NCBI GenBank assembly: GCA_035708065.1
Contig: DASSTC010000029.1
Coordinates: 7,959-71,958, forward strand
From: Candidatus Limnocylindria bacterium
GTDB lineage: Bacteria; Chloroflexota; Limnocylindria; QHBO01
DNA length: 64,000 nucleotides
Reading direction: 5' to 3'
Made by a program: the position numbers and the translations under genes. Positions 8,956 through 18,337 of this stretch are shown here, in pieces (positions within the stretch are counted from its first letter, which is position 1; every line of letters starts with the position of its first letter). The notes below the pieces were generated by a model. That model worked only from the letters and a program-made list of their open reading frames with translations. It was not told where the DNA came from and searched no databases.

Positions 8956-10659
8956 GTGTCAAGCCGGTTTGCCTCGTTCGCCCGCACGGCCGATGCACTG
9001 GCCGCCACGACCTCCAAGCTGCGCAAGCGCGACCTGCTGGCGGCCTACCTGCGCGAGCTGCCGGCTGACGACCTGCCGGTCGCCGCGACCTTCTTCGCGG
9101 GGCGGCCACTTCCCGGGGCATCTGACCGGCTGGGCCTTGGCGGCATGCAGGGGTCGGCGGCACTGCTGGCGGCATCGGGCGCCAGCGAGCAGCAGCTCGG
9201 GCAGGCGTACCTGCGGCACTCCGACTTCGGCGATGCCGCGGCCGAGCTCATCGGCGAGGCTCGCGGAGCACCGCTCACCCTGCGCGACGTGGCGGACGGC
9301 TTCGCGGCGATGTCGGTGGCCGCCAACAGCGAGCAGCGGATCGGGCTGATGACCGGGCTCTTCCAGCGTGCGACGCCGGCCGAGGCGCGCTATGTCGCGC
9401 GGATCGCCGGGCGCGAGCTGCGGATCGGGCTGCGCGAGGGACTGCTCGAGGAGGCGATCGCGGCCGCGTTCGAACGACCGATCGCCGACGTGCGTCGCGC
9501 GTTGATGCTCGTCGCGGAGCCGGGCGAGACGGCGACGCTCGCTCGCGAAGATCGACTGGACGAGGCAGCGCTGCACATCGGCCGCCCGATCCGCTTCATG
9601 CTCGCCACCCCGGTGGCCGACGCCGGCGAGGTGATGCGCCGCGTCGGCGGCGAGGCGTGGATCGAGGACAAGTACGACGGCATCCGCGCCCAGCTGCACC
9701 TGACGCGGGACGGCGCGCAGCTCTTCAGCCGGGACCTCAACGAGATCAGCGGGTCGTTCCCCGAGGTCATCGCCGCCGCGCAGGCGTTGGATCGTTCGCT
9801 GGTCATCGACGGCGAGCTCGTCCCGTGGAAGGAGGGCAGCGTCCTCGACTTCGCCTCACTCCAGACACGGCTCGGCAGGGTCAACCCGAGCGACCAGCTG
9901 ATCGCCGGCGTGCCGGTGGCGCTCGTCGCCTTCGACCTGCTGCACCTCGACGGCGGGGACCTGCTCGACACGACGCTGCGGCGGCGCCGCCACGCGCTCG
10001 AGGCGCTGCAGCTCCCCGAGCGCACCGCTGAGCGGATCCTCTACTCGCATCTCGAGATGGCGCGCTCGGCGGCCGAGGTCGACGCACGCTTCGACGAGGC
10101 GCGGGAGCGCCGCAACGAGGGGCTGATGATCAAGGATCCCGCATCGGTCTATCAACCCGGACGGCGTGGGCTGGGCTGGCTCAAGCTCAAGCGCCCGCTG
10201 TCGACCCTCGACTGCGTGGTGGTCGGCGTCGAGTGGGGCCACGGCAAGCGCCGCGGCGTGCTGTCGGACTACACGTTCGCCGTGCGCGAGACCGATGGCG
10301 ACCGGCTGCTGACCATCGGCAAGGCCTACACCGGCCTGACCGATGCCGAGATCGCCGAGATGACGTCGCGCTTCCAGGTGCTGACCGTGCGCGATTTCGG
10401 CCGGTACCGCTCGGTCGTGCCGGAGGTCGTGGTCGAGATCGCGTTCGACCGGATCCAGCGCTCCGCGCGCCACAAGAGCGGATATGCCCTCCGCTTCCCG
10501 AGGATCGTGCGGATCCGGACCGACAAGGGACCGGCGGACATCGACGACCTGGCCGCGGTGGAGCGCGTCTTCGCGCAGCAGGCGTCCGGGCGGATCCTGC
10601 TCGCCACCGGCGCGCGTGGGGAGACCGAGCGCATCGCGGCGACCGGCGAGACGGAGTAG
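8956..10659 (+). CDS. ATP-dependent DNA ligase (three-domain, Lig1/LigB-like)
   Basis: 567 aa. Adenylation motif I EDKYDGIRAQLH has an intact Lys. Also present: motif III LVIDGELV, motif IV NEGLMIKD, and motif V with the OB region (WLKLK). Confidence 0.9.
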   Translation: MSSRFASFARTADALAATTSKLRKRDLLAAYLRELPADDLPVAATFFAGRPLPGASDRLGLGGMQGSAALLAASGASEQQLGQAYLRHSDFGDAAAELIGEARGAPLTLRDVADGFAAMSVAANSEQRIGLMTGLFQRATPAEARYVARIAGRELRIGLREGLLEEAIAAAFERPIADVRRALMLVAEPGETATLAREDRLDEAALHIGRPIRFMLATPVADAGEVMRRVGGEAWIEDKYDGIRAQLHLTRDGAQLFSRDLNEISGSFPEVIAAAQALDRSLVIDGELVPWKEGSVLDFASLQTRLGRVNPSDQLIAGVPVALVAFDLLHLDGGDLLDTTLRRRRHALEALQLPERTAERILYSHLEMARSAAEVDARFDEARERRNEGLMIKDPASVYQPGRRGLGWLKLKRPLSTLDCVVVGVEWGHGKRRGVLSDYTFAVRETDGDRLLTIGKAYTGLTDAEIAEMTSRFQVLTVRDFGRYRSVVPEVVVEIAFDRIQRSARHKSGYALRFPRIVRIRTDKGPADIDDLAAVERVFAQQASGRILLATGARGETERIAATGETE

Positions 10660-10673
10660 CTACCATCACGCCC

Positions 10674-11447
10674 ATGACCGAGCTGCCCGAGCATGTCGTC
10701 CGCAACCGCGCCGCGTGGGACGCGAAGGCGCCCGAGTACGCCGGCCACGGCGAGCGCGCCTGGCGTGAGGAGGAGCCGAGCTGGGGCATCTTCGGCGTGC
10801 CCGAGTCGCAGCTCCACGTCCTGCCCGAGGCGCTCGACGGTCGGGACGCCATCGAGCTCGGCTGCGGGACGGCGTACGTGTCGGCCTGGCTGGCGCGCCG
10901 CGGCGCGCGTGTCGTCGGGATCGACAACAGCCCGCGCCAGCTCGAGACGGCGCGCCGGCTGCAGGCCGAGCACGGGATCGACTTCCCGCTGTTGCTCGGC
11001 AACGCCGAGGCGGTGCCGTACCCCGACGCCAGCTTCGACCTCGCGATCAGCGAGTACGGCGCCTGCCTGTGGGCCGATCCGCAGCGCTGGATCGCCGAGG
11101 CGTCGCGCCTGCTGCGTCCCGGCGGCGAGCTGATCTTTTTGACCAACGCAGCGCTGTGGATCGTGTGCGTGCCCGAAACGGACAACGAGGGACCGGTGGG
11201 CGACCGGCTGCTGCGGCCCTACTTCGGGATGTACCGCTTCGAATGGCCCGACGAAGACGGTGTCGAGTTCCATCTCGGCCACGGCGACTGGCTGCGGCTG
11301 CTCCGCGCCAACGGCTTCGAGGTGACCGACCTCATCGAGGTGCAGCCGCCCCAGGACGCGACGTCGAGCTTCGAGCTGACGACCATCGAGTGGGCGCGGC
11401 AGTGGCCGTGCGAGGAAATCTGGAAGGCAAGGAAGGTGGACCGATGA
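10674..11447 (+). CDS. Class I SAM-dependent methyltransferase
   Basis: 257 aa from the internal ATG. SAM-binding motif AIELGCGTAY, plus VVGIDNS and LRPGGELIF. Begins 14 nt after the ligase stop. Confidence 0.8.
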   Translation: MTELPEHVVRNRAAWDAKAPEYAGHGERAWREEEPSWGIFGVPESQLHVLPEALDGRDAIELGCGTAYVSAWLARRGARVVGIDNSPRQLETARRLQAEHGIDFPLLLGNAEAVPYPDASFDLAISEYGACLWADPQRWIAEASRLLRPGGELIFLTNAALWIVCVPETDNEGPVGDRLLRPYFGMYRFEWPDEDGVEFHLGHGDWLRLLRANGFEVTDLIEVQPPQDATSSFELTTIEWARQWPCEEIWKARKVDR

Positions 11448-12067
11448 GCTTCGACCCGTTCGCCCCCGCATCGGTCGACCGCGTGGCGGTCGAGGTCTAC
11501 ACCTCCGCCTATCGGGTGTCCGGAACGACGCGAACGCGCTTCCAGCGGGTCGGCGACATCGTGAACCAGCTCCCGACCTCGCATCTCATCATCGACGAGG
11601 CGACGATCACCGAGTACGCCGCGCCGGACGCGCCGAGCACCGCCGGGGAGGTCCTGGTCGCGGCCGACCAGATCCTGTTCCTGGTGGCCCCCGGCTCGAG
11701 CAGCGAGCCGCGTGCCGAGATGCGCATCCCGAAGCGTGCCGTGCGCGTCGAGCTGCTCGCGCCGCCGTTCCGGGTGAGCGGGGCGGTCCACATCCCGCAG
11801 GGCAGCCGGCCGATGGATGGACTGCTCAACGCGGCGGATCGGTTCATCGCCATCACCGACGTGAGTATCGCCTGCGCGCAGTTCCCGGCCTTTGCGGCGA
11901 GCCACGAGGTCGTCGCCATGCAGCGCTCGCTGTCGCAGGTGCTCATCGTCAGCGACGACGAGCGGGCGGAGAAGCTGCTCGCCGACGTGATCGACGAGAC
12001 GACGGCGCAGGGCTGGCTGCATCGCGACCCGTCCCGTGAGACGGGCCGGGATCCGGGAGCGTTCTAG
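11444..12067 (+). CDS. Hypothetical protein with internal duplication
   Basis: 207 aa from ATG 11444 (ATGA overlap with the methyltransferase stop). Contains two related halves (VEVYTSAYRVSGTT...IIDEATI and VELLAPPFRVSGAV...IAITDVSI). Confidence 0.55.
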   Translation: MSFDPFAPASVDRVAVEVYTSAYRVSGTTRTRFQRVGDIVNQLPTSHLIIDEATITEYAAPDAPSTAGEVLVAADQILFLVAPGSSSEPRAEMRIPKRAVRVELLAPPFRVSGAVHIPQGSRPMDGLLNAADRFIAITDVSIACAQFPAFAASHEVVAMQRSLSQVLIVSDDERAEKLLADVIDETTAQGWLHRDPSRETGRDPGAF

Positions 12068-12828
12068 CGGCTCTCCGGCACGGTTGACGGTGCGGCGGCC
12101 GCCGCGCGCTGGTGCAGGCGCTCCGACGCGGTCATCACCGCGTCGACGACGCGGGCAACGTCCGCCGGATCGAGGCGCTGCAGCTTGCCGATGCGCTGCG
12201 CCCACCACGGCGCGTTGTCGGCGGTCACGATCTCCTCGTCCGGCTCCTCGAGCACGACGCGGCTGTGGCGCTCCGGGAAGACGATCGCGGGCTCGATCTG
12301 CAGGTGGAGCGGCAGGTCGGCCTGCTGTGCCCAGCGGACGACGGCCTGGTTGACGCGGCCCGCCTCGAACGACGGGTTGGTGCGGCAGCTGATCCAGCCG
12401 CGCCGCCCGCGGGTGTGGTAGTCCCAGCTGCGACCGCGGACGCGGTAGCGGCCGTCCCAGTCGCGAACGATCAGCGCCCGGGCGGCGGCAGGGCCGACCA
12501 GCAGGGCGGCGAGGTCGGCCGGGACGCCCGGCAGGTGTGGCTGCACGACGAGCGCGTAGCTGTCGTCGAAGCTCGGGCCGAGCAGCGCCGCGAGGTCGTC
12601 GGCCAGCCGGCGCTGCGGCGTGCGCTGCAGCGAGCGCAGGACATACGCGCCGCCGATGCCAAGGCCGAGCGCCGCGGCAATGCCCAGCGCGGCGACCGCG
12701 TTCGGGCTGCTCGACGGGACGAACGCGAGCATGGTGGCGGCGACCGCGCCGACGAAGAGCATCGCCATGGCCGGAAGCAGCGCGCGGCGGCGGCCGTCGG
12801 GCGGCTGCGCCGGCCGAATCACGCGCAT
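12064..12828 (-). CDS. Membrane protein with NERD-like domain
   Basis: Two N-terminal TM segments, then ADLAALLVGPAAARALIVRDWDGRY, which resembles the NERD core. The assignment is tentative. Confidence 0.45.
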   Translation of the reverse strand: MRVIRPAQPPDGRRRALLPAMAMLFVGAVAATMLAFVPSSSPNAVAALGIAAALGLGIGGAYVLRSLQRTPQRRLADDLAALLGPSFDDSYALVVQPHLPGVPADLAALLVGPAAARALIVRDWDGRYRVRGRSWDYHTRGRRGWISCRTNPSFEAGRVNQAVVRWAQQADLPLHLQIEPAIVFPERHSRVVLEEPDEEIVTADNAPWWAQRIGKLQRLDPADVARVVDAVMTASERLHQRAAAAAPSTVPESR

Positions 12829-12851
12829 CGGTCTGCTGCTAGGCTGCGGTC

Positions 12852-13325
12852 GTGGGAAACGAAGTCACAGCGCGGTTCGCCGACACCGCGCGGATGCGGA
12901 TCGACATCCGGACCGGCAGCGGTCATCTGGTCGGCGTGGACGTCGGACCGGACGAGGGGGACGACAGCGGCCCGACGCCGATGGAGCTCGTCCTCGTGGC
13001 GCTGGCCGGATGCACCGCCATGGACGTCATCAGCATCCTGCGCAAGAAGCGGCAGATTCCGACCAGCTACGAGATCGATGCCCGAGGCGAGCGGACCGAC
13101 GACCATCCGCGGGTCTACACCCGGATCGTGGTGGAGCATCGCGTCGATGCCTCGGTCGAGGGAGAGGCGATTCGCCGGTCGGTCGAGCTGTCGGCCACGA
13201 AATATTGCCCGGTGAGCGCGATGCTCTCGCTGGGCACGGTCATCGAGCATCGGTACCGGATCGGCGAGGCCGGCGAGTCGCTGCTCGCGCTGGTCACCGG
13301 CCCAGAGGGCGCCGTCGCCGCCTGA
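12852..13325 (+). CDS. OsmC/Ohr-family peroxiredoxin-like protein
   Basis: 157 aa with the two conserved Cys contexts (LAGCTAMDV and TKYCPVSAM). GTG start, 6 nt after TAGGCT. Confidence 0.8.
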   Translation: MGNEVTARFADTARMRIDIRTGSGHLVGVDVGPDEGDDSGPTPMELVLVALAGCTAMDVISILRKKRQIPTSYEIDARGERTDDHPRVYTRIVVEHRVDASVEGEAIRRSVELSATKYCPVSAMLSLGTVIEHRYRIGEAGESLLALVTGPEGAVAA

Positions 13326-13345
13326 CGATCCCGGCGCGAGCGGCG

Positions 13346-13777
13346 TCACGACGCGTGGCGCATCCCGGTGGGTGCGTCGATCGCGTCCAGCACGGCGTCG
13401 CGGAACGTGTCGAGGTCGAACGGCTTTGGCACGACCGGCCCGATATCGGCCAGCTCGGCGAGGCGCTCGCGCGCCGCGGCGCTGACGATCACCACCGGGA
13501 TGCCGGGCCAGGCGCTGCGCAGCAGCTCGGTGATGTCGCCGCCGTCGCCGTCGGGGAGCATCACGTCGACGACGAGCAGGTGCGGCAGGGCCAGCTCCAT
13601 GAGGTCGCCGAGCTCGACGATCCGCGTGCAGGTGACCACCGTGAAGCCGAGGTCGCGGAGCAGATCCGCCTCGAGCGCGGCGATGTCCGCGTCGTCCTCC
13701 AGGACGTAGGCACGCTGCAGCTCCTCGGCGCCGGCGGCGCGGAGGACGATCGGATCGTCGGTCGCTGGTTGATGCAT
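13346..13777 (-). CDS. Stand-alone response-regulator receiver (CheY-like)
   Basis: Acidic pocket LEDDAD, phospho-acceptor LLVVDVMLPDGDG, and conserved Lys in VVPKPFD. Start chosen at MHQPATDD; the ORF could extend to 13882. Confidence 0.75.
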   Translation of the reverse strand: MHQPATDDPIVLRAAGAEELQRAYVLEDDADIAALEADLLRDLGFTVVTCTRIVELGDLMELALPHLLVVDVMLPDGDGGDITELLRSAWPGIPVVIVSAAARERLAELADIGPVVPKPFDLDTFRDAVLDAIDAPTGMRHAS

Positions 13778-13926
13778 GCGGCCATGTTCCGGGCGCGTCC
13801 CGCCCAGGGCAATGGCCGCATGGTCCCAACCGGTCGACCCGATCGCCGTGTTGGCGGGCGACTTGCCAGGCGGTTGTATCATTCGCGGCCCGCGGCGGAA
13901 GACGGCACGGAGGCATCCTGGAGCCC

Positions 13927-14799
13927 ATGGCGCGATCGATGTGGAGGGGGGCGATCCAGTTCGGTCTGGTGACGATCCCGGTGAAGCTGTACCTGGCCAC
14001 CGAGACCGGCGGCATCGGCTTCAACATGCTGCACGCCAGCTGTCTGAACCGGATCCAGATGAAGATCTACTGCCCGTACCACGACGAGGTCGTGCCGCGG
14101 TCGGAGACGGTGCGCGGCTACGAGTACGCCAAGGGGCGCTACGTGGTGGTGACCGACGAGGACGTCGACTCCATTCCGCTCAAGACGCTGCGGGCCATCG
14201 AGATCGAGATGTTCGTCGATGCCCGCAACGAGGCGCATGGCGCGCAGTTCGTCAAGCAGGCGTACTACCTCGAGCCCGATGAGATCGGCCGCAAGGCGTT
14301 CTACCTGCTGAAGTCCGTCCTGGCCGATACGGGCAAGAGCGCGATCTGCAAGATCGTGCTCAAGGACCGCGAGCAGCTGGCGGCCCTCAACCCGTACTCC
14401 AGCACGATGCTGCTGACCACGCTGCACTGGCCCGACGAGGTCCGCTCGATCGAGGAGCTCACGCTGCCCGAGGACCAGGTCACGTTCAAGCCGGGCGAGC
14501 GCGCCATGGCCGAGCAGCTCGTCGCCTCGATGACCGGCGAATTCAGTGCCGACGACTACCGGGACGACTACCGCCAGGCCCTGATGGCCGTCATCGAGCG
14601 CAAGGTCTCCGGAGAGGCCCCGGAGCCGGCGGTGCGCGCCGAGCCGACGAACATCGGCGACCTCATGGCCGCGCTCGAGGCATCGGTCGCCGCCGCGCGC
14701 GAGAGCCGCGCGCGGGCCGCCGAGGCGCCGATCGAGGTGCCCGTGGCCGCGGCCGAACCGGAGCCCGCGCCCCGCCAGCGCCGCCGCAAGACCGCCTAG
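13927..14799 (+). CDS. ku: Ku protein (non-homologous end joining)
   Basis: N-terminus MARSMWRGAIQFGLVTIPVKLY, typical of bacterial Ku, with a basic/Ala-rich C-terminal tail. Confidence 0.9.
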   Translation: MARSMWRGAIQFGLVTIPVKLYLATETGGIGFNMLHASCLNRIQMKIYCPYHDEVVPRSETVRGYEYAKGRYVVVTDEDVDSIPLKTLRAIEIEMFVDARNEAHGAQFVKQAYYLEPDEIGRKAFYLLKSVLADTGKSAICKIVLKDREQLAALNPYSSTMLLTTLHWPDEVRSIEELTLPEDQVTFKPGERAMAEQLVASMTGEFSADDYRDDYRQALMAVIERKVSGEAPEPAVRAEPTNIGDLMAALEASVAAARESRARAAEAPIEVPVAAAEPEPAPRQRRRKTA

Positions 14800-14807
14800 C
14801 GCAGGTC

Positions 14808-15500
14808 GTGCCCGGCGAGCAGCTGCCGCTTTCGATCGGACGGGTCGCGGCCCGGCGGCTGCCCGCTCGGATCGTCCCGATGCAGGCGACCGGCGTCGGC
14901 GCGCCGTTCGACGACCCCGACTACTGGTTCGAGCCGTGGTGGCCCGGTGTTCGGGCGCAGGCCTTCGTCGAGGGCGGCCGCCTGCGGCTGAGCGCCGAAG
15001 GGCTCAACGACGCGCTGGCCGCGCTACCCGAGCTATCCGACCTGCCCGCGCAGCTCGACGCGGATGGCGTCGTGCTCGACGGGACGCTGCTCGTCCTCGA
15101 CGCGGACGGGCGGCCCGACGCCGAGCTGCTGCGCCGCCGCCTGGCGGAGGGCCGGGGGCCGGGCGGGGCGGCGTTCGTCGCCAGCGATCTGCTCTTCATC
15201 CACGGCGCGCCACTCGGCCGCAGGTCGTACCGCGCCCGGCGCGCGCAGCTCGAGGCGGTGCTGCGCACCGGCGACCGCGTGGCGGTCGGGCGCGGCCATG
15301 TCGCGGAGGGACTGCTCATGGCCGAGGCGCTCCACGAGCTGGGCGTCGCCCAGCTGTCGGCGAGACGGCTCGCCGCCCGGTATCGGTCCGGCTCGGCCGG
15401 TGAGCGCTGGCTGCGCGCGCCGACCGCGCTGCCCGGCGCCGAGCCGGTGCGCGATCGACGGCCGTCGCTCGCCCTGATCATGCGGCTGCCCCTCGACTGA
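14808..15500 (+). CDS. LigD-ligase-like nucleotidyltransferase domain with degenerate catalytic motifs (probable pseudo-enzyme or gene remnant)
   Basis: Colinear with LigD ligase domains (PMQAT..WFEP). Motif I reads WWPGVR instead of KxDGxR, motif III reads LDGTLLV (no Glu), and the Lys residues of motifs IV/V are Glu/Arg. No OB-fold follows. Confidence 0.6.
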   Translation: MPGEQLPLSIGRVAARRLPARIVPMQATGVGAPFDDPDYWFEPWWPGVRAQAFVEGGRLRLSAEGLNDALAALPELSDLPAQLDADGVVLDGTLLVLDADGRPDAELLRRRLAEGRGPGGAAFVASDLLFIHGAPLGRRSYRARRAQLEAVLRTGDRVAVGRGHVAEGLLMAEALHELGVAQLSARRLAARYRSGSAGERWLRAPTALPGAEPVRDRRPSLALIMRLPLD

Positions 15501-15503
15501 GGC

Positions 15504-17678
15504 TCAGGCCGGCGGCAGCAGCGGCTCCAGGAACCAGGGCCACGGTCGCTGGGTGATCAGCCGCACGGCCGGCTCCACGAACCCGTCGCGGGGGTAGATG
15601 CGGAACGAGGCGATGTCGTAGGTCAGGCCGCCGATCTCGGGCGGCTGGTCGGTGATCGCCTTGCCGCGCAGCGCGGTGTCGATGGCGCGGACGCGGTCGA
15701 CCGGCTCCCCCCAGTGCGTCCGCAGCAGCAGCTCCACGTCCCAGGTGGTGGGGATCTCGCGATCGACGTCGCGCGCGCGCTGCAGCGCCTGCTCGGCGGT
15801 CTGCCGGTCGCCGGCCATCGCGGCAGCCAGCGCTCGCGCGGCGGCGTCCTGGTAGTGGGTCGGATCGATCGGCAGTCCGAGGGCGCGCCGTGCGACGGCG
15901 AGGTTCGTCTCGCCGGAGGTCTGGCCGATCTCGGCCGCCAGCTGGGTGCCCACGTCGACTCGGCGCGGCCACGGCACGACGAAGCTGGTCGCGACGTTGG
16001 TCAGCAGCGACAGCCGGTAGGCGGCGTCGGCGGCATCGGTCTCGCCGAGCCGATCGAGCACGAGCGCCGCGTTGGCCAGCTCGTTGCCGAACAGCGACGC
16101 ATAGTCGACCGCCTGGTGCGCGGCGCGCGAGGCACACGCCCGGTCGCCGCCCTCCAGGCACAGGATCGCCAGGTTCGTCCACGACGGCCCGTCGCCGGCG
16201 TTCAGCTCGGTGGCCCGTTCGGCGGCCCGCCGCGCCGTCGCGTCGTCGCCGGCCATGTCGGCCGCCACGCTCAGCGACTTTGGCCCGGACGGGTGCCATG
16301 GGTCGAGCGCCACCGCCTCGCCGAACCAGCGCTGCGCCGCCGGCCAGTCGCGGTTGGCCGAGGCATCGGCACCGAAGCGGTAGTCGATCGCGGCGCCGTC
16401 GACGATCAGCGCGACGAGCAGCAGCGCGCCGGCGCCCAGGGCGCCTCCCACGGCCAGCGGACGAGCCAGGCGCAGGCGCTGCCAGGAGACGGCGCCCGCA
16501 TCGGTCAGGACCTGGGCGACCAGCAGCAGCACCAGCAGGTTGAAGCCTGGCAGGAACGTGAGATCCTCGAAGAAGCTGGCGACCGCGAAGCCGATGAGGA
16601 CCGCGAATGCGCCCCTGCCGCCGACCGTCCGGCTGCGCCACGGGCCGGCGACCACCATGAAGGTCGCGAACAGGACGAGCGCCGCGGCGAGCCCCATGAG
16701 CCCCGCGTCGCCGAGGATGCCGAGCGCGACGTCGTGCGAGTGCGGCTGCCTGACCGGGAAGCTGAGCGGCGGTGCCGCCGCCTGCCGGGCCCACGGCATG
16801 ATCCCCGGACCGATGCCGGTGATCGGCGACGCCGACCAGGCGGCGAGCGTGTCGCGCCACAGATAGCCGCGGTAGATGAGCGAGGTCACCGCGGTCAGCC
16901 GTGGCGCGATGATCGCCAGCGCGGCGGCCGCCGCGACCACGGCGAGCGCGCCGAGCGCGACCGAGCGCACGTCCCAGTGCCGAGGCAGCCGGACCCGGCG
17001 GACGGCCGGTGCGGCGAAGACAAGGACCGCCACGCCGATGGCCAGCCACGCGGAACGCGAGCCGGAGAGCAGCGTCAACGGGACGCCGACGACCAGCAGC
17101 GTGACCTGGATCCAGCGCCGGACACGCGGCTCGGCGATGTGGATCGTCAGCGGCAGCACCGCGAGCAGCACGAAGGGCGGCACCGCCACCGAGCCGAACG
17201 GCGTGCCCTCGGCCGGCATGCGGATCGGCGGCAGCCCGGGGCCACCGGCGGCGACCCATTCGGCTCGCCGGGCGAGCATCACCGCCAGCGCGCCGGCGGA
17301 GAGCAGGATGATCGGGACCGCGGCGAGCATGGCCGTCAGCGCGGCTCGGTGGCGGATGAGCACCAGGGCAAGGGGCAGCAGTGCCGCGGCGGTGACGATC
17401 ACCGCCAGCGAGCGCAGCGACATGCCCTGGTTCTGGGCGAAGAGCGTGGCGATGCCGAATGCGGCGAGAAGCGCCAGGATCGGCAGGTCGAGCGGCGTGC
17501 GCGGCACCTCGAGCCCGCGCAGGGCGAGGAGCAGCAGCGCCCCGAGCGCCACGGCGGCGCCGGCGTGCAGGACCAGCTGGAAGCGGGCGTCCCACAGCGC
17601 GCCGTCCCAGGCGACGTAGCCCCACAGCGCCAGGCCGCCGGCCGCGGCCAGCAGCTCCAGCCGGGTGCGAGCGGTCAT
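15504..17678 (-). CDS. O-antigen ligase (Wzy_C)-family polytopic membrane protein with C-terminal TPR repeats
   Basis: Start at MTARTRLELL (ATGA overlap with the CYTH stop). About 12 TM segments, a PHSHDVALGILGDAGLMG loop typical of the O-antigen ligase family, and a C-terminal TPR-like Ala-rich helical region. The upstream 163 aa of the ORF are an Arg-rich artefact. Confidence 0.7.
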   Translation of the reverse strand: MTARTRLELLAAAGGLALWGYVAWDGALWDARFQLVLHAGAAVALGALLLLALRGLEVPRTPLDLPILALLAAFGIATLFAQNQGMSLRSLAVIVTAAALLPLALVLIRHRAALTAMLAAVPIILLSAGALAVMLARRAEWVAAGGPGLPPIRMPAEGTPFGSVAVPPFVLLAVLPLTIHIAEPRVRRWIQVTLLVVGVPLTLLSGSRSAWLAIGVAVLVFAAPAVRRVRLPRHWDVRSVALGALAVVAAAAALAIIAPRLTAVTSLIYRGYLWRDTLAAWSASPITGIGPGIMPWARQAAAPPLSFPVRQPHSHDVALGILGDAGLMGLAAALVLFATFMVVAGPWRSRTVGGRGAFAVLIGFAVASFFEDLTFLPGFNLLVLLLVAQVLTDAGAVSWQRLRLARPLAVGGALGAGALLLVALIVDGAAIDYRFGADASANRDWPAAQRWFGEAVALDPWHPSGPKSLSVAADMAGDDATARRAAERATELNAGDGPSWTNLAILCLEGGDRACASRAAHQAVDYASLFGNELANAALVLDRLGETDAADAAYRLSLLTNVATSFVVPWPRRVDVGTQLAAEIGQTSGETNLAVARRALGLPIDPTHYQDAAARALAAAMAGDRQTAEQALQRARDVDREIPTTWDVELLLRTHWGEPVDRVRAIDTALRGKAITDQPPEIGGLTYDIASFRIYPRDGFVEPAVRLITQRPWPWFLEPLLPPA

Positions 17679-18337
17679 CGCGCCGGCGTGGAGCGATCGA
17701 GCAGCGCCAGCGCGCGTTCGAGCTTCGTGGCGCGATCGGGCACCAGCCCGTCGAGCCCCGCCAGCGCGCGGGCGAGCTCGCCGAGCCGTGCTTCGGCGGC
17801 CGCCGGCGCGAGCTCGAGCTCGACGACGTGCAGCTCGCCCAGCTCCTCGCCGCCGTGCAGGACCGCGACCCGGTCCAGGCTCAGCGTGCCGAGCCGCGCG
17901 CCGTCGACCAGCACGGCGCGCTCGGTGCGCCGCTGGCGCAGCGCGAGCCGCTCGACGAGTGGCTCGCCGGCGCGCAGCCGGTCGACGAAGTCGCGCCCCG
18001 GCGAACGTGGCCACCAGCGCGGGTCGAGGTCGTCGGTCGCGGGCCCTTCGACCTCCGGTCGCCGGTGAAGCGCGGCGCCGGCGCCTGCGCTCTTCGACCC
18101 GGTCGTCTGCTCGGCGGGGCCCTTGAGCGACACGATCGTCCGGTCGCCGCGCGTTCGCAGCCGGCACGCCCAGCGCGCCGCGGCGAAGCGGCCGTCGGCG
18201 GTGTCGAGGTAGCGGTCCAGCTCATCGGCGGTCTCGGGCGGACCGAGCTCGGCCGGGCCGAGCCGCTGGGCGGAGGCCAACGCCTCCAGCGGCGCGTCGT
18301 TCTCCGCGGTGAGCTTCAGCTCGACCTCAACGGGCAT
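17675..18337 (-). CDS. CYTH-domain protein (triphosphate tunnel metalloenzyme)
   Basis: Starts MPVEVELKL (ExExK signature). Also RLRTRGD, SLKG and VVELEL strands. Overlaps the WYL gene end by 11 nt. Confidence 0.75.
   Translation of the reverse strand: MPVEVELKLTAENDAPLEALASAQRLGPAELGPPETADELDRYLDTADGRFAAARWACRLRTRGDRTIVSLKGPAEQTTGSKSAGAGAALHRRPEVEGPATDDLDPRWWPRSPGRDFVDRLRAGEPLVERLALRQRRTERAVLVDGARLGTLSLDRVAVLHGGEELGELHVVELELAPAAAEARLGELARALAGLDGLVPDRATKLERALALLDRSTPAR

Noticed and set aside
13863-13882. TTGCCA ... TATCAT pair upstream of ku as a promoter.
   Set aside because: The spacer between the two hexamers is only 8 nt, which is incompatible with a sigma-70-type promoter.
15478-18068. 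Very long ORFs on both strands overlapping the O-antigen-ligase-like gene (15478-17625 minus, 15714-18068 plus). Similar cases: 21917-25036, 28503-30770, 35537-37711, 39618-41795 and 62820-63944.
   Set aside because: Their translations are dominated by Arg/Ala/Pro/Gly runs with no motifs. They lie antisense to, or out of frame with, genes that have clear family signatures. This is the expected stop-codon-poor artefact of very GC-rich DNA.
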